Origin: Alphaproteobacteria bacterium
GTDB lineage: Bacteria; Pseudomonadota; Alphaproteobacteria; Micavibrionales; Micavibrionaceae
Length of the DNA: 64,000 nucleotides
Direction: 5' to 3'
Assembly (NCBI GenBank): GCA_021776025.1
Contig: JAJFGR010000011.1
Span: 2,631 to 66,630, forward strand
The notes beneath the pieces were generated by a model. It was not told where the DNA came from, ran no database searches, and was given only the letters and a program-made list of their open reading frames with translations. A program made the position numbers and the translations under genes. Positions 35,556 to 44,564 of this stretch are shown piece by piece. Numbering within the stretch: position 1 is the stretch's first letter; each line of letters opens with the position of its first letter.

Positions 35556-36385
35556 TTTAAAACCAAGCTTCTCAATTCATCTGTTACATCAGGAAGCAAC
35601 CCAAACCATTCTTTAAAAGCGGGCCGCGCCTGATGGATTAGCATGCCAATCCCGGTTATCGCAACATTGCCGTTTTCTTGTGCGGCTTTCAAAAGGTCGG
35701 TTTGCAGCGGCGCATAAACAATGTCATTAACCAGCGCTTTTTTTGGCAGGGCGCCAAAATCAATATCGAGCGCTGGCTGCCCTTCCATCCCTAAAGATGT
35801 TGTATTGATCAAAAGGTCCGCACCCTCAAGGATTTGATGCCGCAGCTCCCAAGTGCCTACGATGATTAAATCGCTTGAAAACCCCATTTCATCTTTAATT
35901 TTTTCGGCTTTTTCACGTGTGCGGTTGATAAGGATAATCTGGCCGATCTCCTCGCCAATAAGGCCGCTGATAATTGCGCGCGCTGCACCGCCAGCTCCAA
36001 GTACAACAGCGCGCTTCTTTTCAAATTCAAAATCGGGCGCTGTATCCCATATATTGTTTAAAAAGCCAAAACCATCGGTATTAAGGCCATGCAACTTGCC
36101 GTCTTCAATCACAACGGTATTCACGGCGCTAATGGCCTGAGCGTTGTGTTCAACTTTATCACATAAAGAAAGGGCCGTTTCCTTGTGTGGCACGGTGACA
36201 TTAAACCCTGTGTAACCCTCGTCAATTAGGCGTTTAACGCCGCCCTCCAAATCATCTGGCGGAATATCAATGGCCTCGTATGAGCCTTGCAGACCATAGG
36301 CCTTGATCCAGTAATTATGGATCAATGGTGATTTTGAATGGGTGATTGGGTGGCCGATAACGCCTGCTTTGATAAATTCACTCAT
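35552..36385 (-). CDS. aroE: shikimate dehydrogenase
   Basis: 277 aa. Carries GVIGHPITHSKSPLIHN, NVTVPHK and VLGAGGAARA. Confidence 0.9.
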   Translation of the reverse strand: MSEFIKAGVIGHPITHSKSPLIHNYWIKAYGLQGSYEAIDIPPDDLEGGVKRLIDEGYTGFNVTVPHKETALSLCDKVEHNAQAISAVNTVVIEDGKLHGLNTDGFGFLNNIWDTAPDFEFEKKRAVVLGAGGAARAIISGLIGEEIGQIILINRTREKAEKIKDEMGFSSDLIIVGTWELRHQILEGADLLINTTSLGMEGQPALDIDFGALPKKALVNDIVYAPLQTDLLKAAQENGNVAITGIGMLIHQARPAFKEWFGLLPDVTDELRSLVLK

Positions 36386-36975
36386 AACCCGATACCCTGC
36401 TCTTGGCGCAAATATGTCAGAAGCGGTAAAAGCGGCATACCTAAAATTGTGAAATAGTCACCCTCAATACTCTCGAATAATTGCGCGCCTATAGATTCAA
36501 GTTCATATGCGCCGACGGAGCGTGTCAAAGCCTCTCCCGCTTCTTCTATATAGGCTTCCAAAAATTGATCGTTAAAATCATGCATCGTCAAAAATGCGGA
36601 TTGCACATCTTGCCAGAGAATCTCATCGTTTTTTACAACCGTCACGGCAGAAATAAGATTATGCGTTTTACCGCGTAGAATTGTTAGTTTTTCACGAGCT
36701 TCTTCTATATTTGCTGCCTTATCCATTATTTTATCTTCGTATTGCAAAATTTGATCAGACCCAATCACTAGCGCATCTGGAAATTTATTTGCAATAAGCA
36801 AAGCTTTTTCACACGCCAGTATGCGAGCAATATCCTGTGGTGATGCCTCAGTCTTCAGTTGCTCTTTTTTTATAGAATCTTCATCTAAATCTGCTGGAAA
36901 TGCTTCAAAATCAAGGCCTGTAGCACGGAGCATGTTTTGCCGCGTTACGCTTTTTGATGCGAGAATGAGTTTCAT
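36382..36975 (-). CDS. maf: Maf-like nucleoside triphosphate pyrophosphatase
   Basis: 197 aa. Carries MKLILASKSVTR and GAYELESIGAQLFESIEGDYFTILGMPL. Confidence 0.85.
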   Translation of the reverse strand: MKLILASKSVTRQNMLRATGLDFEAFPADLDEDSIKKEQLKTEASPQDIARILACEKALLIANKFPDALVIGSDQILQYEDKIMDKAANIEEAREKLTILRGKTHNLISAVTVVKNDEILWQDVQSAFLTMHDFNDQFLEAYIEEAGEALTRSVGAYELESIGAQLFESIEGDYFTILGMPLLPLLTYLRQEQGIGL

Positions 36976-37886
36976 TCTTTTGCCTCTTTGGCCCCAGACT
37001 CTTTTTCCGCAATTTTATCTAGGCGGCTTTGTAACAGTGCCATAATTTCCGCAGCTGTTTCTTCGATAGAGCGCTTGGTCACATCAATGACCGACCAGTC
37101 TTTTTTAGTGAACATGCGCCGGGCTGTGCGGACCTCTTCTTCGATTTCCTCTTCATCGAGATACATATTATCTTCGATATAATCGGGCACGGACTCTCCA
37201 TTGGAGTTAAGCCGTGTCCGGCGCAAATGCATCAAACGTTGCGGAGAAGCTGTCAGGCCAACATACATAGGCCTCTCAAGCGAGAGTTTTTCATCGGGCA
37301 CTTCAACGCCAGGCACGAGCGGAATGTTGGCAACCTTAATACCGCGCCGCGCGAGGAAAACAGAGGTTGGTGTTTTTGATGTGCGCGAAACGCCAACCAG
37401 AATAACATCAGCATGTTTTAGGCCTTTAAGCGTTTTTCCATCATCATGGCGCATAGCGTAATCTATAGCTTCCACGCGTTTAAAATAAGCATCATCCATG
37501 GCGTGCTGAAGGCCGGGAACACCCATGGCGTGCTCCCCAAGATATGAAGACAGGCTACGAATAATCGGATCAAGCACGGCGACGCAGGGAATGCCCAGCT
37601 CATCGCAAAAATCCTGCAAGCGGTGGCGCATTTTTCGATCAACGAGGGTAAAAATCACCGGCCCCGGTGTTTCCTGAATGCGCGCGATTATACGCTCTAA
37701 TTGCCGCTCAGAACGTACAAGGGGCCAGAATTTCTGCACAGGCTCAATATGCTCAAACTGCGCCAAACACGCGCGTGCGAGGCCTAATAAGGTTGTGCCG
37801 GTGGCATCAGAGACCAAATGCAGGTGAAATTGTTTGGAAGCGCCCTCTTGCTGGGCTTTATGCTCATCGTCTGTGTTTTCTGTCAT
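36972..37886 (-). CDS. pyruvate, phosphate dikinase regulatory protein (PDRP/DUF299 kinase-phosphotransferase)
   Basis: 304 aa. Carries HLHLVSDATGTTL and ILVGVSRTSKTPTS. Confidence 0.85.
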   Translation of the reverse strand: MTENTDDEHKAQQEGASKQFHLHLVSDATGTTLLGLARACLAQFEHIEPVQKFWPLVRSERQLERIIARIQETPGPVIFTLVDRKMRHRLQDFCDELGIPCVAVLDPIIRSLSSYLGEHAMGVPGLQHAMDDAYFKRVEAIDYAMRHDDGKTLKGLKHADVILVGVSRTSKTPTSVFLARRGIKVANIPLVPGVEVPDEKLSLERPMYVGLTASPQRLMHLRRTRLNSNGESVPDYIEDNMYLDEEEIEEEVRTARRMFTKKDWSVIDVTKRSIEETAAEIMALLQSRLDKIAEKESGAKEAKE

Positions 37887-37940
37887 GGGCCCTATCCTAA
37901 CAGGATGGGACGGCCTGAAAAGCGTTTTTTAAAATGGGCC

Positions 37941-39017
37941 TTAGTGGATTGTGTCTTTATCTTCGGCGGTAAATTCACCATTTGGAAAGATCATTTCAGC
38001 CAGCCTTGCATCCCGGAAGGGAACGCTTTGAACACGCACAACTTTCAAGTCATAGAGAATTTGCATGAAATGAGCCTGATTGATGGGATCGGTTAACCCA
38101 GCATAGAGCGGATCGCTTAAAACTTCCGGTCCCTGCCCTTGCAGATACGCGGTTCTGTCAGGCAAGCATGAAAGCATCTCTATGCCTATTGGTGTTAGTT
38201 TTTTCCGACCAAAACCTTCGCATTCTTCGTAATCTTGCACAACGCCGTCAAGATAATTCAAAACTTCGTGATCGCAGCTGTTAACGCGGCGTTCATCGCG
38301 AAACCATTGTGAAAAGGCAGCGGCTAACGCTTTGCCGTTAAATAGTGACGCAGGATCGCGCTCCAGATAACCAGAAAAATGCATGGCGATATCGCCATCT
38401 TCAGAGCCAATAAGGTGACGCCACAGACTTCCTTCGCCTTCACCGCGCAATTCCCATGCAACCAAAACGGCCAATGTATCGAGATCTGCGGCGCGGGTGC
38501 GCTCCAACATCATCACCGCTTCGGGGCCATATTCCGTATCAAAGGCGCCGTGACGTTTTTCCTGCCATACATCGCGCAAGGCACGGATCATGGAAACTAG
38601 GACGGCATTTTTGAAATATTCGGAAGCGCTCAATGCGCTGGTGACCAGATCCTGATCATCTAAAACGATAAGCTTTTCAGGGACGTCTAGGTGAAAGTCC
38701 GGACCGCCCAGTGCCTCCAGCGCTAAAGACCAACCATTCTTTTCGGCTTCCTTGAGCATTGCGCGCGCGCTAGGGCTGGTAGAAAGCTGTGCAATTGCCC
38801 ACGACAGAACCGCATGTTTGTCGTCTTGAGGAATCGCTACATTATTTTCAGAAGATAAATCCGTAAAGGCCCATGAATCACATGAAGATTCACAAAATGC
38901 CTTTATAGTGGGCAAGATAGACGGTTGTTTTTGAAAACTTACAGGCTCAAACTCTGCTTCGGCACGGACATCCGCAGCACTCATATCTTTGTTGTTTCGT
39001 GAATCATGATCGCTCAT
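37941..39017 (-). CDS. hypothetical protein; paralog of the upstream gene
   Basis: The ORF-track entry (to 39497) overlaps the upstream gene, so it was trimmed to the ATG at 39017 (MSDHDSRNNKD…). It shares MIRALRDVWQEKRHGAF, VLVAWELRGEG and AAAFSQWFRDERRVNSCDHEVLNYLD with the neighbour. Confidence 0.6.
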   Translation of the reverse strand: MSDHDSRNNKDMSAADVRAEAEFEPVSFQKQPSILPTIKAFCESSCDSWAFTDLSSENNVAIPQDDKHAVLSWAIAQLSTSPSARAMLKEAEKNGWSLALEALGGPDFHLDVPEKLIVLDDQDLVTSALSASEYFKNAVLVSMIRALRDVWQEKRHGAFDTEYGPEAVMMLERTRAADLDTLAVLVAWELRGEGEGSLWRHLIGSEDGDIAMHFSGYLERDPASLFNGKALAAAFSQWFRDERRVNSCDHEVLNYLDGVVQDYEECEGFGRKKLTPIGIEMLSCLPDRTAYLQGQGPEVLSDPLYAGLTDPINQAHFMQILYDLKVVRVQSVPFRDARLAEMIFPNGEFTAEDKDTIH

Positions 39018-39072
39018 GTCACACTCCCTGTTACGCAGATCAAAAAGCTGCTTTTGAAACTGTTGCGTTCCC

Positions 39073-40434
39073 TTATTCGGCTGGAGAACGGCGGATGTAG
39101 ACAACATTTGAGGTGTCGTTCTTATTGTGTATTCGCCCCGAATGCGATTTTGGTGCCAAACGCCCGGTGTTTTTCTTAGACTTATCCCCTGTTTCGCCCG
39201 TTTCGATGCTTTGCTGCTCGAAAAGTGAGATAATTTCGGCTGATTGCTGCCCTGTGAATGCATGATCCTGAACCCCTTGTTGATTTGGTGCAGAAGAACG
39301 GAAGCCTTCTGCGGCTGGTGGGGATGAGGTTTGCAACTCTTGTTCCGATTCGCGGAAAGAGCGCTCAAACTTGATAAACCATAGGAAATTGGCGTTAGAG
39401 CGGTCGCGCACATCGGTAAATATCGCATCTTCCATGATGGTGATGGCATGTTCTGCCAGGTAATTTTTGCCGAAGGGCATTTCGCCCAGCGCCGCAATCA
39501 ATGTTGGCGTGATGTTTTGCTCTGCTTCTTCCAGATCAAAAACATAACCTTTATAATCGGCGAGCATTTGATTAATAAGAATTTTATCCTGCGCGCGGCA
39601 TCTTTCGGTTAAAAACCATGCCTCAAAGACAGCAGCAGCGGCCTGTCCGTTATTAATTGTACGGAAATCAAGGAAGGCTTCGCGAGCGAAGGCACGGCCC
39701 AAATCTGCCATTGATGAGTTTTCAATGCGCTCCCATGCGTCTTTATTGCCAGACAGCTGAAGTTCCCAAGATACGCGGATCATAGAAACTACCAGATCAG
39801 CGACCTGAGCGCGATTTACAAGAACAGCGTTATCCGGGTGAAACATAAGTGGATGGATCAATGCGCCTTGGCGATGTTGCCAGTGACGACGCAATTCCTG
39901 TACAGCCAAAAGCTGCTGATCAACAAGATCTAGATTCGGATTGATGAAGATAAGCCCTGCCTCACGATCATATTGTGCGGTTTCAATCTGCGCTGAGTAC
40001 TTCAAAGAAACATTATATTCTTCAGCACATGCTAAATAAGCAGTGGCTAAGCGGCTTTCGCGTAAAATCTCGCTTAAATCTTGAATTGAGGGCTGAGCAG
40101 TTTCCTTTGATGGCTGCGTAATAAACGAAGAATCAGCTAAAAATTCATCAACTTTTTCACTGCTATCGCGGGCAAACCCTTCGGACAATTTTTCTATGGC
40201 TTCTAATTCACTTTTTAGAGAATGAATTTCACTTTCAAGAATACCAAGATCGGCCGCATCAAAACCTAGATCTTCCTCATCCTCATAACCGCAATCAAAA
40301 TCCATATAAAATAATGGCTGATCGCCAATGATGGTGCTGACAACTGACTGGGCGCCGTTAATTGTATAAGCAACCCTGCAAACAGGTTTCGTGGTTTGAT
40401 TTTGTCCCGTGATGTCCCCAAATAAATCGCTCAT
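39073..40434 (-). CDS. hypothetical protein; paralog of the downstream gene
   Basis: 453 aa. Carries VQELRRHWQHRQGALIHP, MIRVSWELQLSGN and AAAVFEAWFLTERCRAQDKILINQMLADY. No TM helix or signal peptide. Confidence 0.6.
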   Translation of the reverse strand: MSDLFGDITGQNQTTKPVCRVAYTINGAQSVVSTIIGDQPLFYMDFDCGYEDEEDLGFDAADLGILESEIHSLKSELEAIEKLSEGFARDSSEKVDEFLADSSFITQPSKETAQPSIQDLSEILRESRLATAYLACAEEYNVSLKYSAQIETAQYDREAGLIFINPNLDLVDQQLLAVQELRRHWQHRQGALIHPLMFHPDNAVLVNRAQVADLVVSMIRVSWELQLSGNKDAWERIENSSMADLGRAFAREAFLDFRTINNGQAAAAVFEAWFLTERCRAQDKILINQMLADYKGYVFDLEEAEQNITPTLIAALGEMPFGKNYLAEHAITIMEDAIFTDVRDRSNANFLWFIKFERSFRESEQELQTSSPPAAEGFRSSAPNQQGVQDHAFTGQQSAEIISLFEQQSIETGETGDKSKKNTGRLAPKSHSGRIHNKNDTSNVVYIRRSPAE

Positions 40435-40705
40435 AATGAACCCAACTTTTGATGTTTTTTAAAAATGAACCCCTGCCACGTTTTTGTGGCTTATGATTCT
40501 ATTATGGCGCTCAATTCCTTAACGGAACCTTTCTAAAAACAAGAAAAATCAAAGAAATAGCGTGTGTTATCGCAAATAACGACCAAAATTTAACTTGGCG
40601 TTAATATTCAATTTACATAACATTATTCTTTGTTGAAAGATGATTAATTTTTGTGCTGTCTCGAGGTTTAATATTTTGTTCAAAAGCTTATGTGATTCGG
40701 TTTTA

Positions 40706-41320
40706 TTACTGCCCGAATGTATCGTCCAGAACGGGAATATCTTCGACCAGTAATTCTTCATCATTTAGAGAAACAAAACCGTTTGGTTCAACTTTGATGT
40801 TGCTTTTAAACAGGCTGTCTTTGAAAATCATACAGGCTTTAAGATGATAATTTCCTTCTCCATCGGTATTCTCAAGCGTTATAGGTATCAGTATTTTACC
40901 AATCGCTTTGCGCGCAGAAGGCGGCGGGTCTTCCTTCCAGTTTATATCATCAACGCTTTCGGTTATGATGAAACGACCATGACGCCCTCTGACATAGGTG
41001 AAGAAAAACCGAACATAATCGGAAATATTATCTTCACTGAGTTTTATGGGGAGTTTTTGATTGAGTTCATAGATCGGCTCGTTCGAAAAATTGAGAATAA
41101 TGAACATATCCTCGCTATATAGAACAAAGCGGCGCATCGCCGGCACAGAGGCATAATCAGCAATATCAAGCAGGCGGTAGCCGGAATAAAAAGTAACGTC
41201 CTGAGCAAGTACAGTTGTTTCAACAGGATCAAAGACACTGCCATCAAATTCAGGATTGAGTTTGTCCAGAATTGTGGCGATTTCATCCAGTTCCAGTTTT
41301 GTGAAAGCCTCTTGATACAT
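40706..41320 (-). CDS. hypothetical protein, divergent from hemE across the candidate origin
   Basis: 204 aa, soluble, with no motif I recognise. It occupies the position of the conserved hypothetical gene that flanks Cori opposite hemE in Caulobacter and Rickettsia. This is a positional argument only. Confidence 0.5.
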   Translation of the reverse strand: MYQEAFTKLELDEIATILDKLNPEFDGSVFDPVETTVLAQDVTFYSGYRLLDIADYASVPAMRRFVLYSEDMFIILNFSNEPIYELNQKLPIKLSEDNISDYVRFFFTYVRGRHGRFIITESVDDINWKEDPPPSARKAIGKILIPITLENTDGEGNYHLKACMIFKDSLFKSNIKVEPNGFVSLNDEELLVEDIPVLDDTFGQ

Positions 41321-41710
41321 AAAGAATCCGCTGCGTTACGATATACTCACTTTTAATGATTAACACAGAATCGATTCTGCGCATAGATTTGTGCGTAACT
41401 AACCAAAGAATCACAGGATAAATCGGGGAAGAAGTTATGCCCATTTCATCAGAATTTTTAAATGGGAGTCATCCCCATGGGGAAAACAAGGAATCGCTTG
41501 ATTCAACTTATCTGGGGGAATCATAGCGAATCCAAATGAAAGAGCCCTTGTTAGAGATGTCATTATTGGGGGTAAAAACGGGGGCGAAATCTATGCCCGT
41601 TACTCACAGGACCTACTACTATAAAAACCCTTTTTAAATATAAAGATATAATTAGTATAGCGAGCTTAGATAGGGAATAGTGATCGAAATGATGGAATTG
41701 GTTTGAATGA
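41321..41710. other. candidate chromosomal replication origin (oriC) and hemE promoter region
   Basis: A 390-bp divergent intergenic region upstream of hemE. It has 9 GANTC (CcrM-type) sites between 41324 and 41532. It also has the palindromes AGAATCGATTCT (41367-41378) and TCCCCATGGGGA (41472-41483), five G4-5 runs, and an AT-rich stretch at 41621-41660. No perfect TTATCCACA box is present. Confidence 0.5.
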
Positions 41711-42757
41711 ATGTTTGCAGTTGAAAATTTAAAAAGTGATAAGCCGTTTCTCGATGCGTTAAGCGGGGTGAAGGCTGAGAGGCCGCCATTTTGGTTTATG
41801 CGACAAGCGGGGCGATATCTGCCGGAATATCGAGAACTTCGGGCTGAAAAAGGTGGGTTTTTGGCGATGGCTATGGATCTGCAAACAGCGTGTGAGATTA
41901 CGATGCAACCCATTCGGCGTTTTGGGATGGATGCGGCAATTATTTTTTCTGATATTCTCACCGTGCCGATGGCGTTGGGGCAGCATTTGGAATTTGTTGA
42001 AGGGGAAGGGCCGAAGCTGGGAGAGTTGAATGTTGGGGCTTTGAATTATTCTAATTTTTCAAAGCTTGATCCGGTTTATGAAGTTTTGGAGAATGTGAAA
42101 ACTGCGTTGCAGGTGGAGGGGTTTAATCATACATCATTGATTGGTTTTTCCGGGGCGCCCTGGACGGTGGCAACTTACATGGTTGAGGGTGGATCATCGC
42201 GTGATTTTCTCAAGACGAAATTGATGGCGTATCAGGATCCGCAAGGGTTTGGGGCGTTGATTAATATGCTGGTTGAGGCGACAGCAACATATTTGATTAA
42301 TCAGATTAATGCGGGCGCTGAGGTTGTACAGATTTTTGATAGTTGGGCGGGAGCGCTCGATGCGGATGGATTTAAACGCTGGTGCGTTCAGCCCACACGT
42401 CAGATTGTGGAGATGGTTCGAGCGGCGCATCCACATGTGCCGATCATCGGATTTCCAAAAGGCGCGGGGTATAATTATTTGGCTTATGCGCAAAATACAG
42501 GGGTTACAGCATTGGGGCTTGATCAGCATGTACCGACAGATTGGGCGGCGCGGGCGTTGCAATCGCTCATGCCGGTGCAGGGTAATCTTGATCCTCTTGC
42601 ACTTATGGCAGGCGGGGATGTTATGGCGTTAGCTGTGGAGAAAATAAAAGGTGATTTGTCTGTAGGGGCTTTCGTATTTAATTTGGGTCACGGAATTCAC
42701 AAAGACACGCCGGTGGAGCATGTTGAAGCCTTAGTGAAAATGATCAAAGGTGAATGA
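41711..42757 (+). CDS. hemE: uroporphyrinogen decarboxylase
   Basis: 348 aa. Carries PPFWFMRQAGRYLPEYR and IIFSDIL. Confidence 0.9.
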   Translation: MFAVENLKSDKPFLDALSGVKAERPPFWFMRQAGRYLPEYRELRAEKGGFLAMAMDLQTACEITMQPIRRFGMDAAIIFSDILTVPMALGQHLEFVEGEGPKLGELNVGALNYSNFSKLDPVYEVLENVKTALQVEGFNHTSLIGFSGAPWTVATYMVEGGSSRDFLKTKLMAYQDPQGFGALINMLVEATATYLINQINAGAEVVQIFDSWAGALDADGFKRWCVQPTRQIVEMVRAAHPHVPIIGFPKGAGYNYLAYAQNTGVTALGLDQHVPTDWAARALQSLMPVQGNLDPLALMAGGDVMALAVEKIKGDLSVGAFVFNLGHGIHKDTPVEHVEALVKMIKGE

Positions 42758-42761
42758 GGCG

Positions 42762-43829
42762 ATGGACGAAAAAGTTGCCGTGGTATTATTTAATCTTGGT
42801 GGCCCGGATTCAAAGGCGACGATCCAGCCGTTTCTATTTAATTTCTTCATGGATAAAAACATTATTTCTTTGCCTGCGCCGTTGCGGTTTTTACTTGCTA
42901 AGATGATTAGTAAAAAACGCTCGAAACGTGAAGCCGGAGAGAGTTACGGTGAGCTTGGTGATAAATCGCCGCTTTTGGAAAATACTAATAAACAAGCCAA
43001 GGCGCTGGAAAATGTGCTAGACGGCGATGAGCAAGAATTTAAAACGTTTGTGTGCATGCGCTATTGGCATCCGATGGCGCCGCAAATTGTGCGTGAAGTT
43101 CAGAATTGGGGGGCCGATAAAATTGTGCTCTTGCCGCTTTATCCGCAATTCTCAACGACCACGACGAAATCTTCGCTGGAGGTTTGGAATAAGGCTTTGC
43201 ATCAAGTTGGTCTTGATATTCCAACTTCAATGGTCTGTTGTTATCATGGGAATGATGGGTTTGTGAAAGCGTCAGCTGCAAATATTCGCGTGAAATATAC
43301 GCAAGCGATTAAGGACGGACATGAAAGTCCGCGTGTGCTTTTTTCTGCGCACGGTCTGCCGGAAAAAATCATCAAGAACGGTGATCCTTATCAATGGCAG
43401 TGTGAGCAAACGGCGGTAGCGATTGCGGAAGAATTGGCTATAGAAAATATCGATTGGCAGATCTGTTATCAATCGCGCGTTGGGCCAATGAAATGGATTG
43501 GCCCTTCTGTTGATGAAGCTTTAGCAAAAGCGGTGCAGGATAAAAAGGCTGTGGTGATTTATCCGCACGCCTTTACACAAGAACATGTTGAAACCCTTGT
43601 TGAGCTTGATATTGAGTATAAAGAAGAAGCCGAAAAAATGGGACAAAAAGGATATTATCGTGCGCAGACGGTGGGAACGCATAGTGATTTTATTGACGGG
43701 TTGGCAGGATTGGTGAAAGAGCATTTGGACAAAGAAGGTATTATGGACGAAGGATTTGAATCGCCTTGTCCATCCGAGTTCCGGCAATGCTGTATGCGCG
43801 GTTTTGAAGTACAAAGAAGGGCGGCTTAG
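42762..43829 (+). CDS. hemH: ferrochelatase
   Basis: MDEKVAVVLFNLGGPD… An alternative GTG start lies at 42750. Carries LLPLYPQFSTTT and FSAHGLP. Confidence 0.9.
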   Translation: MDEKVAVVLFNLGGPDSKATIQPFLFNFFMDKNIISLPAPLRFLLAKMISKKRSKREAGESYGELGDKSPLLENTNKQAKALENVLDGDEQEFKTFVCMRYWHPMAPQIVREVQNWGADKIVLLPLYPQFSTTTTKSSLEVWNKALHQVGLDIPTSMVCCYHGNDGFVKASAANIRVKYTQAIKDGHESPRVLFSAHGLPEKIIKNGDPYQWQCEQTAVAIAEELAIENIDWQICYQSRVGPMKWIGPSVDEALAKAVQDKKAVVIYPHAFTQEHVETLVELDIEYKEEAEKMGQKGYYRAQTVGTHSDFIDGLAGLVKEHLDKEGIMDEGFESPCPSEFRQCCMRGFEVQRRAA

Positions 43830-44276
43830 ATGCAAGAAATTTTTTCTCAAAATTATGAATGGTTACGGGCGCTCCATATTATCAGTGTGATTTCATGGAT
43901 GGCGGGGATGCTCTATCTGCCGCGGTTGTTTGTTTACCATGCCGATAGTGAGGTTGGATCGGATAAATCCGAGACATTTAAAATCATGGAATATCGCCTG
44001 TTAAAATTTATTATCAATCCGGCGATGATGGCGGCCTGGATTTTGGGGCTATCTATGCTGTATGCCAATCCGGCGATGATGGAGGATGGATGGATTCACG
44101 TGAAACTTTTATTGGTGCTGATTATGTCCGGCGTTCATGGGATGCTGGCGAAGCAGGTTAAAGTTTTCGCGAGAGATGAGAATGAAAAAAGCGCTAAATA
44201 TTTCCGCATTCTCAATGAAGTGCCTACTGTTTTGATGATTGCGATCGTTATTTTAGCGGTTGTGCAGCCTTTTTAA
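43830..44276 (+). CDS. hemJ: protoporphyrinogen IX oxidase HemJ-type membrane protein
   Basis: 148 aa with 4 TM helices. Carries LRALHIISVISWMAGMLYLPRLFVYH. It starts on the base after the hemH stop. Confidence 0.8.
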   Translation: MQEIFSQNYEWLRALHIISVISWMAGMLYLPRLFVYHADSEVGSDKSETFKIMEYRLLKFIINPAMMAAWILGLSMLYANPAMMEDGWIHVKLLLVLIMSGVHGMLAKQVKVFARDENEKSAKYFRILNEVPTVLMIAIVILAVVQPF

Positions 44277-44564
44277 GATTTTCGAAACCATAATCATTTA
44301 GATTGAGATAAGTGCTTGACAGCATTTCACCCTTATGGTTAAAGGGAAGTGTCTTTAAGGATAAATCCACAAAATTTTGGGACGTTTTGATTTGAGCCGC
44401 GCAGAGCACGGCCGCGTATTTGAGAAAATAAACGCCTTTAGAGCAGTTATTTAAGGTAAGCCCACTAGAACGTATATATATAGCGCGATAGAGCACTTTC
44501 CCGAAAAGTTTAAGAGTAAACCCCAGAAATACCATAATTATAACACTAACAGGACGAAAGTCTT

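Noticed and set aside
39018-39497. N-terminal 160 codons of the ORF-track entry 37941-39497.
   Set aside because: This part overlaps the 3' end of the 39073-40434 gene in another frame. Its composition is implausible. A good ATG at 39017 starts the conserved paralog region.
40590-40604. TTAA-N7-TTAA (CtrA-box-like) sequence TTAACTTGGCGTTAA in the 40435-40705 intergenic region.
   Set aside because: It is a single occurrence in AT-rich DNA, where a chance match is plausible. None was found inside the candidate oriC itself (only TTAA-N3-TTAA at 41353-41363). It is not enough to call a CtrA site.
41321-41710. Canonical DnaA boxes (TTATCCACA/TGTGGATAA) in the candidate origin.
   Set aside because: No perfect box, or box with one mismatch or fewer, was found by eye. 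TTACTCACA has two mismatches. The origin call therefore rests on position and GANTC density, not on DnaA boxes.
41563-41986. Minus-strand ORFs 41563-41961 and 41759-41986, across the hemE start and the candidate origin.
   Set aside because: They are antisense to the well-supported hemE gene and extend into the non-coding origin region. Their Arg/Ser/Cys-rich composition is typical of spurious frames.
44277-44564. The 288-nt rho upstream region as a specific regulatory RNA.
   Set aside because: A long rho leader is expected, since Rho autoregulates by attenuation. I could see a TTGACA-like hexamer at ~44317 but no convincing -10 element, hairpin or conserved motif to annotate.
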